This document shows, one piece after another, positions 1 to 9,497 of a stretch of DNA of 64,000 nucleotides. Below the pieces are notes generated by a model. It had not been told where the DNA came from and searched no databases. It saw only the letters and a list, made by a program, of their open reading frames with translations. Both the position numbers and the translations under genes were made by a program. Location: the NCBI GenBank assembly GCA_963719225.1, contig CAVRAY010000002.1:672001-736000 (forward strand), written 5' to 3'. This stretch comes from Thermoanaerobaculia bacterium. GTDB taxonomy: Bacteria; Acidobacteriota; Thermoanaerobaculia; UBA5066. Each line of letters begins with the position of its first letter. The first letter of the stretch is position 1.

Positions 1-690
1 GTACGCGAGCGAGGCCTTCTCCCACGCGTCGAGGTCGTTCCCGCCGTACGCGATCTTGCGGCCGAGGACGCCGCCCCACGTCGCGGCCGTACCCGTCGCG
101 GTCAGGAGGTCCGGCCCGACGAGGTTGACCGTCTCGTTCTTCGCGGCATCAGACACGAGCGCGAGCGCGGCCGCCTCCGCGATGTCGCGGACGTCCACGC
201 GCGACAGGCCGGTGTCGCCGAACGGCTGCGGGTAGACGTCGTGCGTGAGCATCTCGTCCCGGTACCAGAGGTCGTTCTGGTAGAAGTTGTTCGGCCTGAG
301 GATCGTGAAGGGGATTCCCGAGTCCCTGATCGCCGCCTCGATCGGGAGCTTCGCCCCGAAGTGCGGGAGATGCGGCGCCTCGTCCACGCGGTGGACGGAG
401 AGGAACACGATCTTCTTCACGCCCGAGAGCCGGCAGCCGTTGACGGCCATGAGGCCCTCGTGGCACTCGCTCGCGCTCAGGGCGGTCAGGACGAAGACGG
501 CGTCCCGTCCGGCGAAGGCGGATCGGATCGTGGCGGGGTCCAGGAGGTCCCCGACGACGGCCCGCGCCCCGGAGGGCACGGGCTTTTTCGCGTCGCGCGT
601 GAGGATCGAGACGTCCGTGCCTCGTTTCAGGAGCTCCTGGGTGACCTGGGACCCGACGGTTCCGGTGCCCCCGAGGACGAGGACGTTCAT
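1..690 (-). CDS. NmrA/SDR-family NAD(P)-binding protein (3' end runs off the window)
   Basis: Manual translation from ATG at 690: MNVLVLGGTGTVGSQV (Rossmann GxxGxxG), PHFGAKLPIE, FTILRPNNFYQN, VDVRDIAEAAA. Confidence 0.85.
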   Translation of the reverse strand, partial: MNVLVLGGTGTVGSQVTQELLKRGTDVSILTRDAKKPVPSGARAVVGDLLDPATIRSAFAGRDAVFVLTALSASECHEGLMAVNGCRLSGVKKIVFLSVHRVDEAPHLPHFGAKLPIEAAIRDSGIPFTILRPNNFYQNDLWYRDEMLTHDVYPQPFGDTGLSRVDVRDIAEAAALALVSDAAKNETVNLVGPDLLTATGTAATWGGVLGRKIAYGGNDLDAWEKASLAY

Positions 691-700
691 CAGGGGCATC

Positions 701-2002
701 CTAGCCCATGTGGGCGATGACCGCGTCTCCGAACTTGCTGCACGAGACCTCGGTGGCGCCTTCCATCTGGCGCGCGAAGTCGTACGTGACGGTCTTGGCC
801 CGGATCGCGCCGTCCATTCCCTTCAGGATGAAGTCGGCGGCCTCGGTCCAGCCCATGTAGCGCAGCATCATCTCGCCGGAGAGGACGACGGAGCCCGGGT
901 TCACCTTGTCGAGGTTCGCGTACTTCGGCGCGGTGCCGTGCGTCGCCTCGAAGATGGCGTGGCCGGTCACGTAGTTCACGTTGCCGCCGGGCGCGATGCC
1001 GATCCCGCCGACCTGCGCGGCGAGCGCGTCGGAAAGGTAGTCGCCGTTCAGATTCAGCGTCGCGATGACGTCGAACTCGTCGGGCCGCGTGAGGACCTGC
1101 TGGAGCGTGATGTCCGCGATGGCGTCCTTGACGAGAATCTTGCCCTTCGCGAGCTCGGCCTTCTGCTCCGCGTTCGCCGCGGCCTCGCCCTTGTCCTTCT
1201 TCGTCCGCTCCCACTGGTCCCACGTGTACGTCTTTTCCGCGAACTCCCTCTCGGCGAGCGCGTAGCCGTAGTTCCGGAACGCGCCTTCCGTGTACTTCAT
1301 GATGTTGCCCTTGTGGACGAACGTGACGCTCTTCGACTTGTTCCTGATCGCGTACTCGATCGCCGCCCGGATGAGACGCTCGCTGCCCTCCTGCGAGACC
1401 GGCTTGATGCCGAAGCCCGTCGTCGCGGGAAAGCGGAGCTTCTTGTACTGGGCCGGGAAGTTCTCCTTGATGAACGCCGCGAGCTTCTGCGCCTCGTCCG
1501 TCCCCGCCGCGAACTCGATCCCGGCGTAGATGTCCTCGGTGTTCTCCCGGAAGATGACCATGTTCACCTTCTCGGGGTGCTTCACGGGAGACGGGACGCC
1601 CTGGAACCACCGCACGGGGCGGAGGCAGACGTAGAGGTCGAGGAGCTGCCGGAGCGCGACGTTCAGCGAGCGGATCCCGCCGCCGATCGGCGTCGTGAGC
1701 GGGCCCTTGATGCCCACGAGGTACTCGCGGAACGCGTCGATCGTCTCGTCGGGGAGCCACGTCTGGAGGTTGTCGTAGGCCTTCTGCCCCGCGTAAACTT
1801 CCATCCACTGGATCTGCCTCTTGCCGCCGTAGGCCTTCGCGACCGCGGCGTCGAGGACGCGCACGGACGCGCGCCAGATGTCCGGGCCGGTGCCGTCCCC
1901 CTCGATGAAGGGCAGGATCGGACGGTCGGGGACCTGGAGCTTCCCGCCGGAGATCGTGATCTTCTGTCCCGTGGCGGGCACCGTGGGCTTGGCGCTGGGC
2001 AT
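701..2002 (-). CDS. icd: NADP-dependent isocitrate dehydrogenase
   Basis: [66 protein letters not shown]; GGAGG RBS. Confidence 0.98.
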   Translation of the reverse strand: MPSAKPTVPATGQKITISGGKLQVPDRPILPFIEGDGTGPDIWRASVRVLDAAVAKAYGGKRQIQWMEVYAGQKAYDNLQTWLPDETIDAFREYLVGIKGPLTTPIGGGIRSLNVALRQLLDLYVCLRPVRWFQGVPSPVKHPEKVNMVIFRENTEDIYAGIEFAAGTDEAQKLAAFIKENFPAQYKKLRFPATTGFGIKPVSQEGSERLIRAAIEYAIRNKSKSVTFVHKGNIMKYTEGAFRNYGYALAEREFAEKTYTWDQWERTKKDKGEAAANAEQKAELAKGKILVKDAIADITLQQVLTRPDEFDVIATLNLNGDYLSDALAAQVGGIGIAPGGNVNYVTGHAIFEATHGTAPKYANLDKVNPGSVVLSGEMMLRYMGWTEAADFILKGMDGAIRAKTVTYDFARQMEGATEVSCSKFGDAVIAHMG

Positions 2003-2097
2003 GGGCGTCCTCCTTCGTTCGGGCGCGAATCATAGGGGCCGCCCGACGGTCCCGGCAACGAAGCGAATGAATCAGTCCGGCGGGTCGTCCGCGGGCG

Positions 2098-3816
2098 TCA
2101 ATCCTGGTCGAGACGCGCCTCGCGCGGATACGGGTAGACGTCCACGATCTCGCCGGCGCGCTCGCGCCTCTGCGCGTCGAGCCAGAAGCGGACGTCGAGG
2201 AGGTCCCCGTGCCGCTCGAGGAAGGCCTCGCGCGGCTCCCCCCTCAGCCCCATGAACGTCAGGAACTCCTCGGGGAAGACGTCGTTCTCCCCGACGTAGA
2301 ACGACGCGTCCGCCGCTCCGGTCTCGTCCCCCGCGCAGGCCGGGAGCTCGCGGAAGCGGACGTCGGTCAGGAAGGAGATCTCGTCGTAGTCGTAGAAGAC
2401 GACCCGGCCGTGCCGGGTCAGGCCGAAGTTCTTCGGCAGGAGGTCGCCGGGAAAGATGTTCGACTTCGCGAGGTCGCGGATCGCCTCGCCGAAGTCCACG
2501 ACCGCGGAGCAGCCTCCGGCGGGAGGCGCGTCCTTCAGGTAGAGATCGAGCGGCGTCAGGCGGCGCTCCGTGAAGAGGTGGTGGAGGACGACCTCGTCGC
2601 CGCGCACCTCGACGGTCTCGGAGATGCCGGTGAGGAGCGCGTCGAGGAGCGCGGGCTCGAAGCGTGAGACGGGAAACGAGAGGTGCTCGAACTCCTGCAC
2701 GTCCGCGAGCCGGCCGGCGCGCGTGTGGCGGAAAACGAGCCGGTACTTGTCGAGAACGTCCTTCCGGCTCGCCGTCTTCGGGGGCGCGAAAGAGTCGCGG
2801 ATGACCTTGAAGACGACGTCGTAGGACGGGAGCGTGAAGACGAGCATGACCATCCCGCGGGCGCCGGGAGCCTCGACGAAGCGGTCGTCCGACGACGCGA
2901 AGTGGCGGAGGAGGTCGCGGTAGAGCTCCGTCTTGCCGTGCTTGTCGAACCCGAGGGCGTTGTAGAGCTCTCCGACGGGCTTCTTCGGCATGAGCGTCTT
3001 CAGGAACCCGACGAGCGCGGCCGGGTGGCCGGCGTCCACGTGGAAGTAGGAGCGCGTGAAGCTGAAGACGATCGAGACCTCGTCCTCGTCGCAGAGGACG
3101 GCGTCGACCTCGATCCGTCCCGTGCGATTCAGGAGAGCGAAGACGACGGGCCTCTGGCGGCCGCCCCGGCGGACACGCCCGATGAGGTACGCCCCCTTGC
3201 TCCGGAAAAAGACGGGCCTCAGGACATCCAGCGCGTCGAACTCCGGGGCTCCCCACGCCGCGCCGAGGATCCGCTCGAGGGCGCGTGTCGCGAGGGCCGC
3301 GTCGCGCGCGAGATTCTCCCAGCCGGCGGCGAAGGGATGCGCCGCGAGCGCGCTCCTCACCGCCGCCTCGCGGCCGGGCCGGCCGTCGTACGAGGCGAGT
3401 AAACGCCCGGCGGCCTCGACGGGGAGCGGCGCGGGCTCGCGGTGGACGAACTCGGCGCGGTCGTCGACGCCGACAGTGTGGAAGATGCGGCGCGAGGCCG
3501 AGTTGAAGAACGTCTCGACGAGTTCGGCGTCGCGGCGCGGGGCGACGAGCTCCGCGAAGTGCTCTTTCATCCCGGACCAGACGCCTGGGTCGTCGACGCC
3601 CACGCCGAGGACGCGGCGGAGGTCCCCGACGGCGGAGTCGAGCGTCCGGCGGTAGAGCTCGAGGCGCTCGAGTGCGTCCGTCCGTCCGCTGCGCCAGTCG
3701 CGCGCGGAGAACCGGACGCCCGCCCGCCGCGTGATCGCGGCGAATGCCTGCGCATACGCCTCCCAGCCGGCGAGGAGGCGCTCGGCGCCGGCGCGGACGG
3801 CGTCGCGCGGGATCAC
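2098..3816 (-). CDS. aceK: Bifunctional isocitrate dehydrogenase kinase/phosphatase
   Basis: ETFFNS, SIVFSFTRSYF, KHGKTELYRD, APGARGMVMLVFTLPSYDVVFKVIRD, NIFPGDLLPKNFGLTRHGRVVFYDYDE. Confidence 0.96.
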   Translation of the reverse strand: MIPRDAVRAGAERLLAGWEAYAQAFAAITRRAGVRFSARDWRSGRTDALERLELYRRTLDSAVGDLRRVLGVGVDDPGVWSGMKEHFAELVAPRRDAELVETFFNSASRRIFHTVGVDDRAEFVHREPAPLPVEAAGRLLASYDGRPGREAAVRSALAAHPFAAGWENLARDAALATRALERILGAAWGAPEFDALDVLRPVFFRSKGAYLIGRVRRGGRQRPVVFALLNRTGRIEVDAVLCDEDEVSIVFSFTRSYFHVDAGHPAALVGFLKTLMPKKPVGELYNALGFDKHGKTELYRDLLRHFASSDDRFVEAPGARGMVMLVFTLPSYDVVFKVIRDSFAPPKTASRKDVLDKYRLVFRHTRAGRLADVQEFEHLSFPVSRFEPALLDALLTGISETVEVRGDEVVLHHLFTERRLTPLDLYLKDAPPAGGCSAVVDFGEAIRDLAKSNIFPGDLLPKNFGLTRHGRVVFYDYDEISFLTDVRFRELPACAGDETGAADASFYVGENDVFPEEFLTFMGLRGEPREAFLERHGDLLDVRFWLDAQRRERAGEIVDVYPYPREARLDQD

Positions 3817-4985
3817 GGTCGCGATGCGAGCTCCCGTTCGACGATCGCGACGAGGCCGGGGACGTCCGCGTCGAAGTCCGTGTACTCGTCGGGGGCGTCG
3901 TGCGCGAGGAAGAGGTGCCTTTGGCCGAGGCTCGCGGCCTGCGTGACGAAGTGCGTGTTCGGGACGTCGTTCGGATAGAGGACGACGACGGGGATCTCTC
4001 CGGAGAAGAGGATCCAGCCGAGGCCGGCCCCGTACGCCCCGGCGACGATCTCCGCGGTGCGAAACGCCTCGACCTGTGCGCGAGCGGGCATGCCGACGAG
4101 GTGGACGGACCGGAAGCCGTGAGGCGCGAGCGCCTCGAGGGCGGCGCCCTCGTTCCTCACGCGCCGATGACGGTCCCCTTCACGCGACACCCAGATTCTC
4201 TCGCGCGGCTCGGCCGTGAGGGGCAGGCCGAACGCGCGAAACACGGCCCCGCGGATCTCGCGGATCCACTCCGCGGGCAGGAACCCGTTCGAATGCCCCG
4301 TCAGGAACGATGGCAGGAGCACGCGGTCCGCACGCACCCACGTTCTCTTCGGCAGGACGCGCAGCGAGGCGCTCTCCGGCAGGAGCGCGGCCAGGACGTC
4401 CCGCTCGGCGGGATGCAGCGTGTCCGGAACGACGAGCGTGAACGGCTCGCCGGCGGTCCGCGTGCGCCGCAGGGAGACGAGCCGGGGGATCGAGTCGACG
4501 AGCCAGTGCCATAGGTTGTCGCCGAAGACGTTCAGGATCGTGGCCACGGTTCCGCGGATCCTCACCGGGCGGAGCGGACGAAGGCCCTCGTACACGGTCG
4601 TGTAGGGAAGGCGGTACGCGAGCACCGACTCCTCGATGATCGTCCCTTTCGCGGTGAGCACGAGACCGGTCCCGACGTGGACGACGCCATCCGGTACCTC
4701 GCACACGAAGATGTCGGGCCGGTCGAACGATCCGCCGGAATAGAACTTGGCGACGCGGAGGAAGGCCCCGTCGCCGAGACCCGCGAACGGGACGCGACCT
4801 GCCGGGACGAGGACCTCGAGGTTCGTCACGCCGCGCCCGAGAAGGTCCCGTGCGTGCGCGACGTCCACGACCCGCAGCCGCCGAAGCCCGACGCGGTCCA
4901 GGGCCGGCGCCGCACGCAGGAGCCGGCGCTTGGCCCTGTGGAGCCCGTCGACCGCCGCACGCCGCAGGCGCCCCGCCGCCGACAT
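3813..4985 (-). CDS. Glycosyltransferase family 61 (DUF563-type) protein
   Basis: NLWHWLVDSIPRL, RIWVSR...RRVRNE, QVEAFRTAEIVAGAYGAGL; GAGGAG RBS before ATG 4985. Confidence 0.8.
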   Translation of the reverse strand: MSAAGRLRRAAVDGLHRAKRRLLRAAPALDRVGLRRLRVVDVAHARDLLGRGVTNLEVLVPAGRVPFAGLGDGAFLRVAKFYSGGSFDRPDIFVCEVPDGVVHVGTGLVLTAKGTIIEESVLAYRLPYTTVYEGLRPLRPVRIRGTVATILNVFGDNLWHWLVDSIPRLVSLRRTRTAGEPFTLVVPDTLHPAERDVLAALLPESASLRVLPKRTWVRADRVLLPSFLTGHSNGFLPAEWIREIRGAVFRAFGLPLTAEPRERIWVSREGDRHRRVRNEGAALEALAPHGFRSVHLVGMPARAQVEAFRTAEIVAGAYGAGLGWILFSGEIPVVVLYPNDVPNTHFVTQAASLGQRHLFLAHDAPDEYTDFDADVPGLVAIVERELASRP

Positions 4986-5027
4986 CACGTCTCCTCGAGC
5001 ATGCATTCGATGTTAGCGGAGTGGGAC

Positions 5028-5443
5028 GGCCGCGCGGTCGTCCTCCTCGCGATCCCGATGGTCCTCGAGATGGCGCTCGAGTCCGTCTTCGCGGTCGTGG
5101 ACGTCTTCTGGGTCTCGAAGCTCGGCGGGGCCGCCGTCGCGACGACGACGGGGCGCGGCCTCGCCGTCGTTCTTCAGCTCGTGATCCTCTCGCGCGGGAC
5201 GGGGCGCATCGCCGTCCGACGCGAGCACCTCGCACTCGACCCGAAGACGATGCTCTCCCTCCTGAGGCTCTCGGGCGCCGCGATCTTTCAGTCGCTCGTC
5301 GGGACGGCGAGCTGGATCGGGCTCGTGAGGATCCTCGCGGGCTTCGGGAGCGCCGCACTCGCCGGCTACACGATCGCGATCCGGTGGCGGTCGTCGGCGG
5401 AATCCTGTTCCGGCGCGGAAGGTGGAAGGAGAAGAGGGTCTAA
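5028..5443 (+). pseudogene. MATE-family efflux transporter remnant with two internal deletions
   Basis: N-terminal RAVVLLAIPMVLEMALESVFAVVDVFWVSKLG is fused directly to mid-protein GAAVATTTGRG...FGSAALAGYTIAIR, then shifts frame to C-terminal GILFRRGRWKEKRV*; ~140 codons versus ~450 expected; no proper start. Confidence 0.85.
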
Positions 5444-5454
5444 ACTCCGCGCCC

Positions 5455-6666
5455 ATGCATCCGGGCCACCGCGCCGCGTTCAACGCGGCGTTCGCGCCCG
5501 CTCTCGCGGAGCGGTACGCGGCCGACCTCGTGCGCCGCGCCGGCCGAGTGCCGGGCTTCCGCCTCGCCGAGACGCCGGTATTCCTGACGCCCGAGCTCGA
5601 CGCGGCGCTCGCGAAAGCCGCGCGCGAGATCGTCGACGCTCTCTCCGCCCCGGGCCTCCTCGCGCGGATGAAGCAGGCGATCCCGCCGCGCTGGGACGCG
5701 CCGGGCATGGATCCGATCCCGTCGCTCGCCCAGGTGGACTTCGCCGTCGTCCGCGAGGGCGGGCGGCTCGTCCCGAGGCTCATCGAGCTGCAGGGCTTCC
5801 CGTCGCTCTCCGCGTTCGAGGTGCTCCAGGCCGACGCGTGGAACGCGGCTCTCGAGGGCGTCGCGGGCCTCCCACGGGTCGCGTGGAGCCCGTACTTTTC
5901 CGGGCTCGACCGGACCGGGTTCGTCGACCTGTTCCGGCGGACCGTCGTGGGGTCGGAGGATCCCGCCGAGGTCGTCCTCCTGGACCTCGAGCCCGACCGG
6001 CAGAAGACCGCGATCGACTTCTCGGCGACGCGCGTGCTGCTCGGGGTCGAGAGCGTCGACCCGCGCGCGCTCGTGAAAGAGGGGCGGCGTCTTTTCCGCG
6101 ACGTCTCGGGCCGGCGCGTCCCCGTGAAGCGCGTCTACAACCGCATCGTGTTCGACGAGCTCATCCAGACGGGCGCGCGCCTTCCGTTCGACTTCCGCGA
6201 GGACCTCGACGTCGCCTGGGTGCCGCACCCGAACTGGTACTGGACGTGGTCGAAGGCGTCGTTGCCGTTTCTGACGCACGAGACGGTGCCGAAAGCGACG
6301 GTCGTGTCGGAGTTCGGTCCGGTGCCCGAAGACGTCGGGGAGCGCTACGTGCTGAAGCCCCTCTTCTCCTTCGCGGGCGGCGGCGTGAACGTCGACCCGA
6401 CGCCCGCGGACGTCGCGGCCATCCCCGAGACCGAGCGCGCGCACTGGGTCCTCATGGAGAAGATCGCATACGACCCGTGCCTCGCGGCGGCCGACGGCGG
6501 CGCCGTCAAGGTCGAGGTCCGGATGATGTTCTTCCGGCCCGACGGCGACGCGCGGCCGACGCTCGGGCTGAACCTTTGCCGGCTCTCGCGCGGCAAGATG
6601 CTCGGCGTCGACTTCAACAGGGACTTCACGTGGGTGGGCTCGTCCGTGGCGCTCAGGCCGGCGTGA
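5455..6666 (+). CDS. ATP-grasp / glutathionylspermidine-synthase-like protein of unknown function
   Basis: QVDFAV...PRLIELQGFPS, RVYNRIVFDEL, HPNWY..WSKASLPFL, YVLKPLFSFAGGGV, KVEVRMM. Confidence 0.65.
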   Translation: MHPGHRAAFNAAFAPALAERYAADLVRRAGRVPGFRLAETPVFLTPELDAALAKAAREIVDALSAPGLLARMKQAIPPRWDAPGMDPIPSLAQVDFAVVREGGRLVPRLIELQGFPSLSAFEVLQADAWNAALEGVAGLPRVAWSPYFSGLDRTGFVDLFRRTVVGSEDPAEVVLLDLEPDRQKTAIDFSATRVLLGVESVDPRALVKEGRRLFRDVSGRRVPVKRVYNRIVFDELIQTGARLPFDFREDLDVAWVPHPNWYWTWSKASLPFLTHETVPKATVVSEFGPVPEDVGERYVLKPLFSFAGGGVNVDPTPADVAAIPETERAHWVLMEKIAYDPCLAAADGGAVKVEVRMMFFRPDGDARPTLGLNLCRLSRGKMLGVDFNRDFTWVGSSVALRPA

Positions 6667-8163
6667 GCGGCGCTCCCGATTCCGGCGCGGGGCGCCGGCG
6701 GCTCGTCGTCGCCCTGCTCCTCGCGGGCGTCGCGCTTCAGCTCGGCGGCCTCCTCGTCGCGGCGGCCGGGACGGACCTGCGCGCGCCGCAGTCCGAGGAC
6801 ATGGTCCCGTTCACCTACCTGCTCGCGACGATCGCGTCCGTCCTCGCCGCCGTCGTCGCGATGGCGGGCTCGGTCCTCATCCTGTCCCTCACGCTCGGGA
6901 CGGCCGTCCAGAGGTCCCACCTCGGATCGATCATCCTCGGCGACGAGGACTTCCGGACCGCCGTCTCGGGCGCGATCGTCACGATCGTCGCGGCCTGCCT
7001 CTCGCTCCTCGCGGCGCACCTGCCGGCCGTGTCGCACAACGCGGCGGCGATCTTCCTCCTCTCGGGCGGAGGCGTCGTCGAATTCACGGGGTGCATCCTC
7101 GGGCTCGCGCGGCTCTTCCAGCGGATCCCGCGCCTCCTGACGCAGGAGAACCTCCTCGAGACGTCGCTCGCGCTCGTCGACGCGTCCTACCTCGCGGCAC
7201 AGGAGGACCGGCTCCTCGGGTCCGGCGCGACGGCGCAGGGCCGCCTCGACGTCCTGAACGACCTCATCTTCTCGTTCCGCGTCTACCCGGTCGAGACGGA
7301 CGACCCGCTCGTGACCGTCCACGACGTCCTCGAGAACGTCCTCGCGCAGAGCCCGGCGTCCGTCGTCGCGACGTCGCTCGGGCAGGTCTCCGGGCGCTTC
7401 ACGGCGCTCGCGGGAGAGACGCATGACCAGATCTTCCAGCTTCTCGTGACGCCCTGGCTCGCCGAGCTGCGCGTCGCGGTCGTCAGGCGCGGGTCGCCGT
7501 CCGTCGCGCTCGCGTTCTTCGACCTCTGGGCGGACGTCCTCGTCGCGGCGCGCGAGAAGAGAATGCCCGGGTTCTACGCGCACTCGGCTCGACCGTTCGT
7601 CGCCTCGCTGAGGCACGTCGCGACCGCGGGTCTCTTCGAGGAGGCGGGCGGCCGCGTCCTGAGGCCGCTCGTCCGCGTCATGTCCGTCGCGGGGGACGAT
7701 CTCGCGGCGCTCGGGCCGTGGGCGGGCGCGCTCGTGGGCTGGATGCGCGAGGACGCCGAGACGGGACGCGGCGAGTGGACGCGCGTCCTGTGGAACCCCG
7801 TCGAGACCGTGCTCGAGCGGTCCGCCGAAGACCTCGCTCACGATTCGCCTCTCCTCGGCGCGCTCGTCCACGGGCTCACCGGAGTCGCCCGGGTCGCGGC
7901 CCGTGCCGGGATCGAGACGGGCGACGGCCGGCCGTTCGCGCTCAAGATCGCGACGCGGATGCGGCGCGCCCAGATCGAGCTGATGGAGGCGGCCACGGCC
8001 GTCGGCGCGGAGGCGTCGGAGCGCGTGCGCGAGCGGGTCGTCGCTCCTTGGCGAGCCGATCGCGGCCGTCGTCGCGCTCGCGGACCGGCGGCCCGAGCTC
8101 GCGGACGTGGCGGCGCTCCTCTCGTCCGAACGCCTCGTCGACGAGCGCGACGGCGAAGCCTAA
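6663..8163 (+). CDS. Membrane protein (N-terminal TM helices, DUF2254-like), frameshifted near 8047
   Basis: GTG overlaps the upstream TGA; four hydrophobic segments, then a helical soluble region; coding-like reading continues in the +1 frame (EPIAAVVALADRRPEL...DGEA*) to TAA 8161-8163. Confidence 0.6.
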
Positions 8164-9494
8164 CGCGGCGCGGCGCGGTCGGGGAGGGCGCACGTCACGA
8201 TCGTGCCGCCGCCGGGGCGCGGGCCGAGCGCAAGCGTGCCGCCGTGCGCGGCGAGGATCTCGGCGCACAGCGGAAGCCCGAGGCCGCGGCCGCCGCGCGT
8301 GAGGCGCGCGGCCGACGAGAGCGGCAGCGCCGCGCGCCTCATCGCCTCCTCGTCCATGCCGGGCCCGCGGTCGAGGACGCGGAGGATCGACCCGCCCCGC
8401 GGCGACGGCTCCACGCAGACGGCGATCTCGCCCGCGGGGCCGCCCGCCTCCGCCGCGTTCTTGAGGAGGTTCAGGAGCACCTGCTGGATCTGGGCAGGGT
8501 CGAAAACGGCCGCCGGCGGGTCGGGCGTTCCGAGGATGCGGAACGGGACCGCGCGCCGCACGGATTCGAGGAACGGCGCCCAGAGAACGGTCTCGGGCGC
8601 CGGCGCGGGCAGCCGCGCGAGAGCCGCGTAGCCCTCTACGAACCGGGAGAGGTGGCGCACGCGCTCGTCGATCGTCGCGAGGATCTCCTCGAGACGGTCG
8701 GCGTGGCGTCCATCCGAGGCGGCGAGGCGCGCCGAGTGGACGAGCGAGCTGACGGGCGCGAGCGAGTTGTTCACCTCGTGGCTCACGACCCGGATGACCT
8801 TGCGCCATGCTTCCAGCTCCTGGCGGCGGACGTCGCCCGTGAGCGTCTCGACGACGACGAGGCGGTGCCGCTGCGTGTGGAGGTGAAAGGCGCGCACGGC
8901 GACGCGCCACGTCTCCTCCTCGTGCGGCCCCGTGCGGGCGGCGACGGTCGTGTCCACGCCCGCGAGAAGCGCGTCCCGAAGCGGATTTGGAGCCTCGATC
9001 TCGGCGAGCGCGAGCCCGACGAGCCGCCCCTGACCGGCGAACATCTTGCGTGCCGCGGCATTCGCGTAGACGACCCGGTCCCGTGCGTTCAGGAGGAGGA
9101 TCGCCATCGGCGCGCCCTGCAGGACGGTGTCGAGGAGCAGCTCGCGCTCGTAGATCTCGCGCCGCTCGGTCCTGAGGACGTCACCCATCCGGTTGAAGAT
9201 CGCGACGAGCGCGCCGAGCTCGTCCTCGCACCCCGGAGCGAGCCGGAAGCCGAAGTCGTTCTCCTGGAAACCCTTCACGCCGTCGGCGATGCCACGGAGG
9301 ACTTCGACCATCGGCTGCCAGGCCAAGGCCGTGCCGGCGACCGCCGCCGCGAGGCCTGCCGCGAGGGAGAGAGCGGCCACGACGGCGAGCGGGATTCCCG
9401 TCGCCAGGAGCGCGGCGCCGAGGCCTACGGCGACGAGCGCGGCTCCGAACGCCGCCACGGTCAGCCGCATCTCGAGGCTGAGACGGCGTCCCAC
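8160..9494 (-). CDS. Sensor histidine kinase (TM-HAMP-PAS-HisKA-HATPase)
   Basis: H-box VVSHEVNNSLAP, N-box QVLLNLLKNAAEA, DRGPG, GRGLGL. Confidence 0.92.
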   Translation of the reverse strand: MGRRLSLEMRLTVAAFGAALVAVGLGAALLATGIPLAVVAALSLAAGLAAAVAGTALAWQPMVEVLRGIADGVKGFQENDFGFRLAPGCEDELGALVAIFNRMGDVLRTERREIYERELLLDTVLQGAPMAILLLNARDRVVYANAAARKMFAGQGRLVGLALAEIEAPNPLRDALLAGVDTTVAARTGPHEEETWRVAVRAFHLHTQRHRLVVVETLTGDVRRQELEAWRKVIRVVSHEVNNSLAPVSSLVHSARLAASDGRHADRLEEILATIDERVRHLSRFVEGYAALARLPAPAPETVLWAPFLESVRRAVPFRILGTPDPPAAVFDPAQIQQVLLNLLKNAAEAGGPAGEIAVCVEPSPRGGSILRVLDRGPGMDEEAMRRAALPLSSAARLTRGGRGLGLPLCAEILAAHGGTLALGPRPGGGTIVTCALPDRAAPR

Positions 9495-9497
9495 TGT

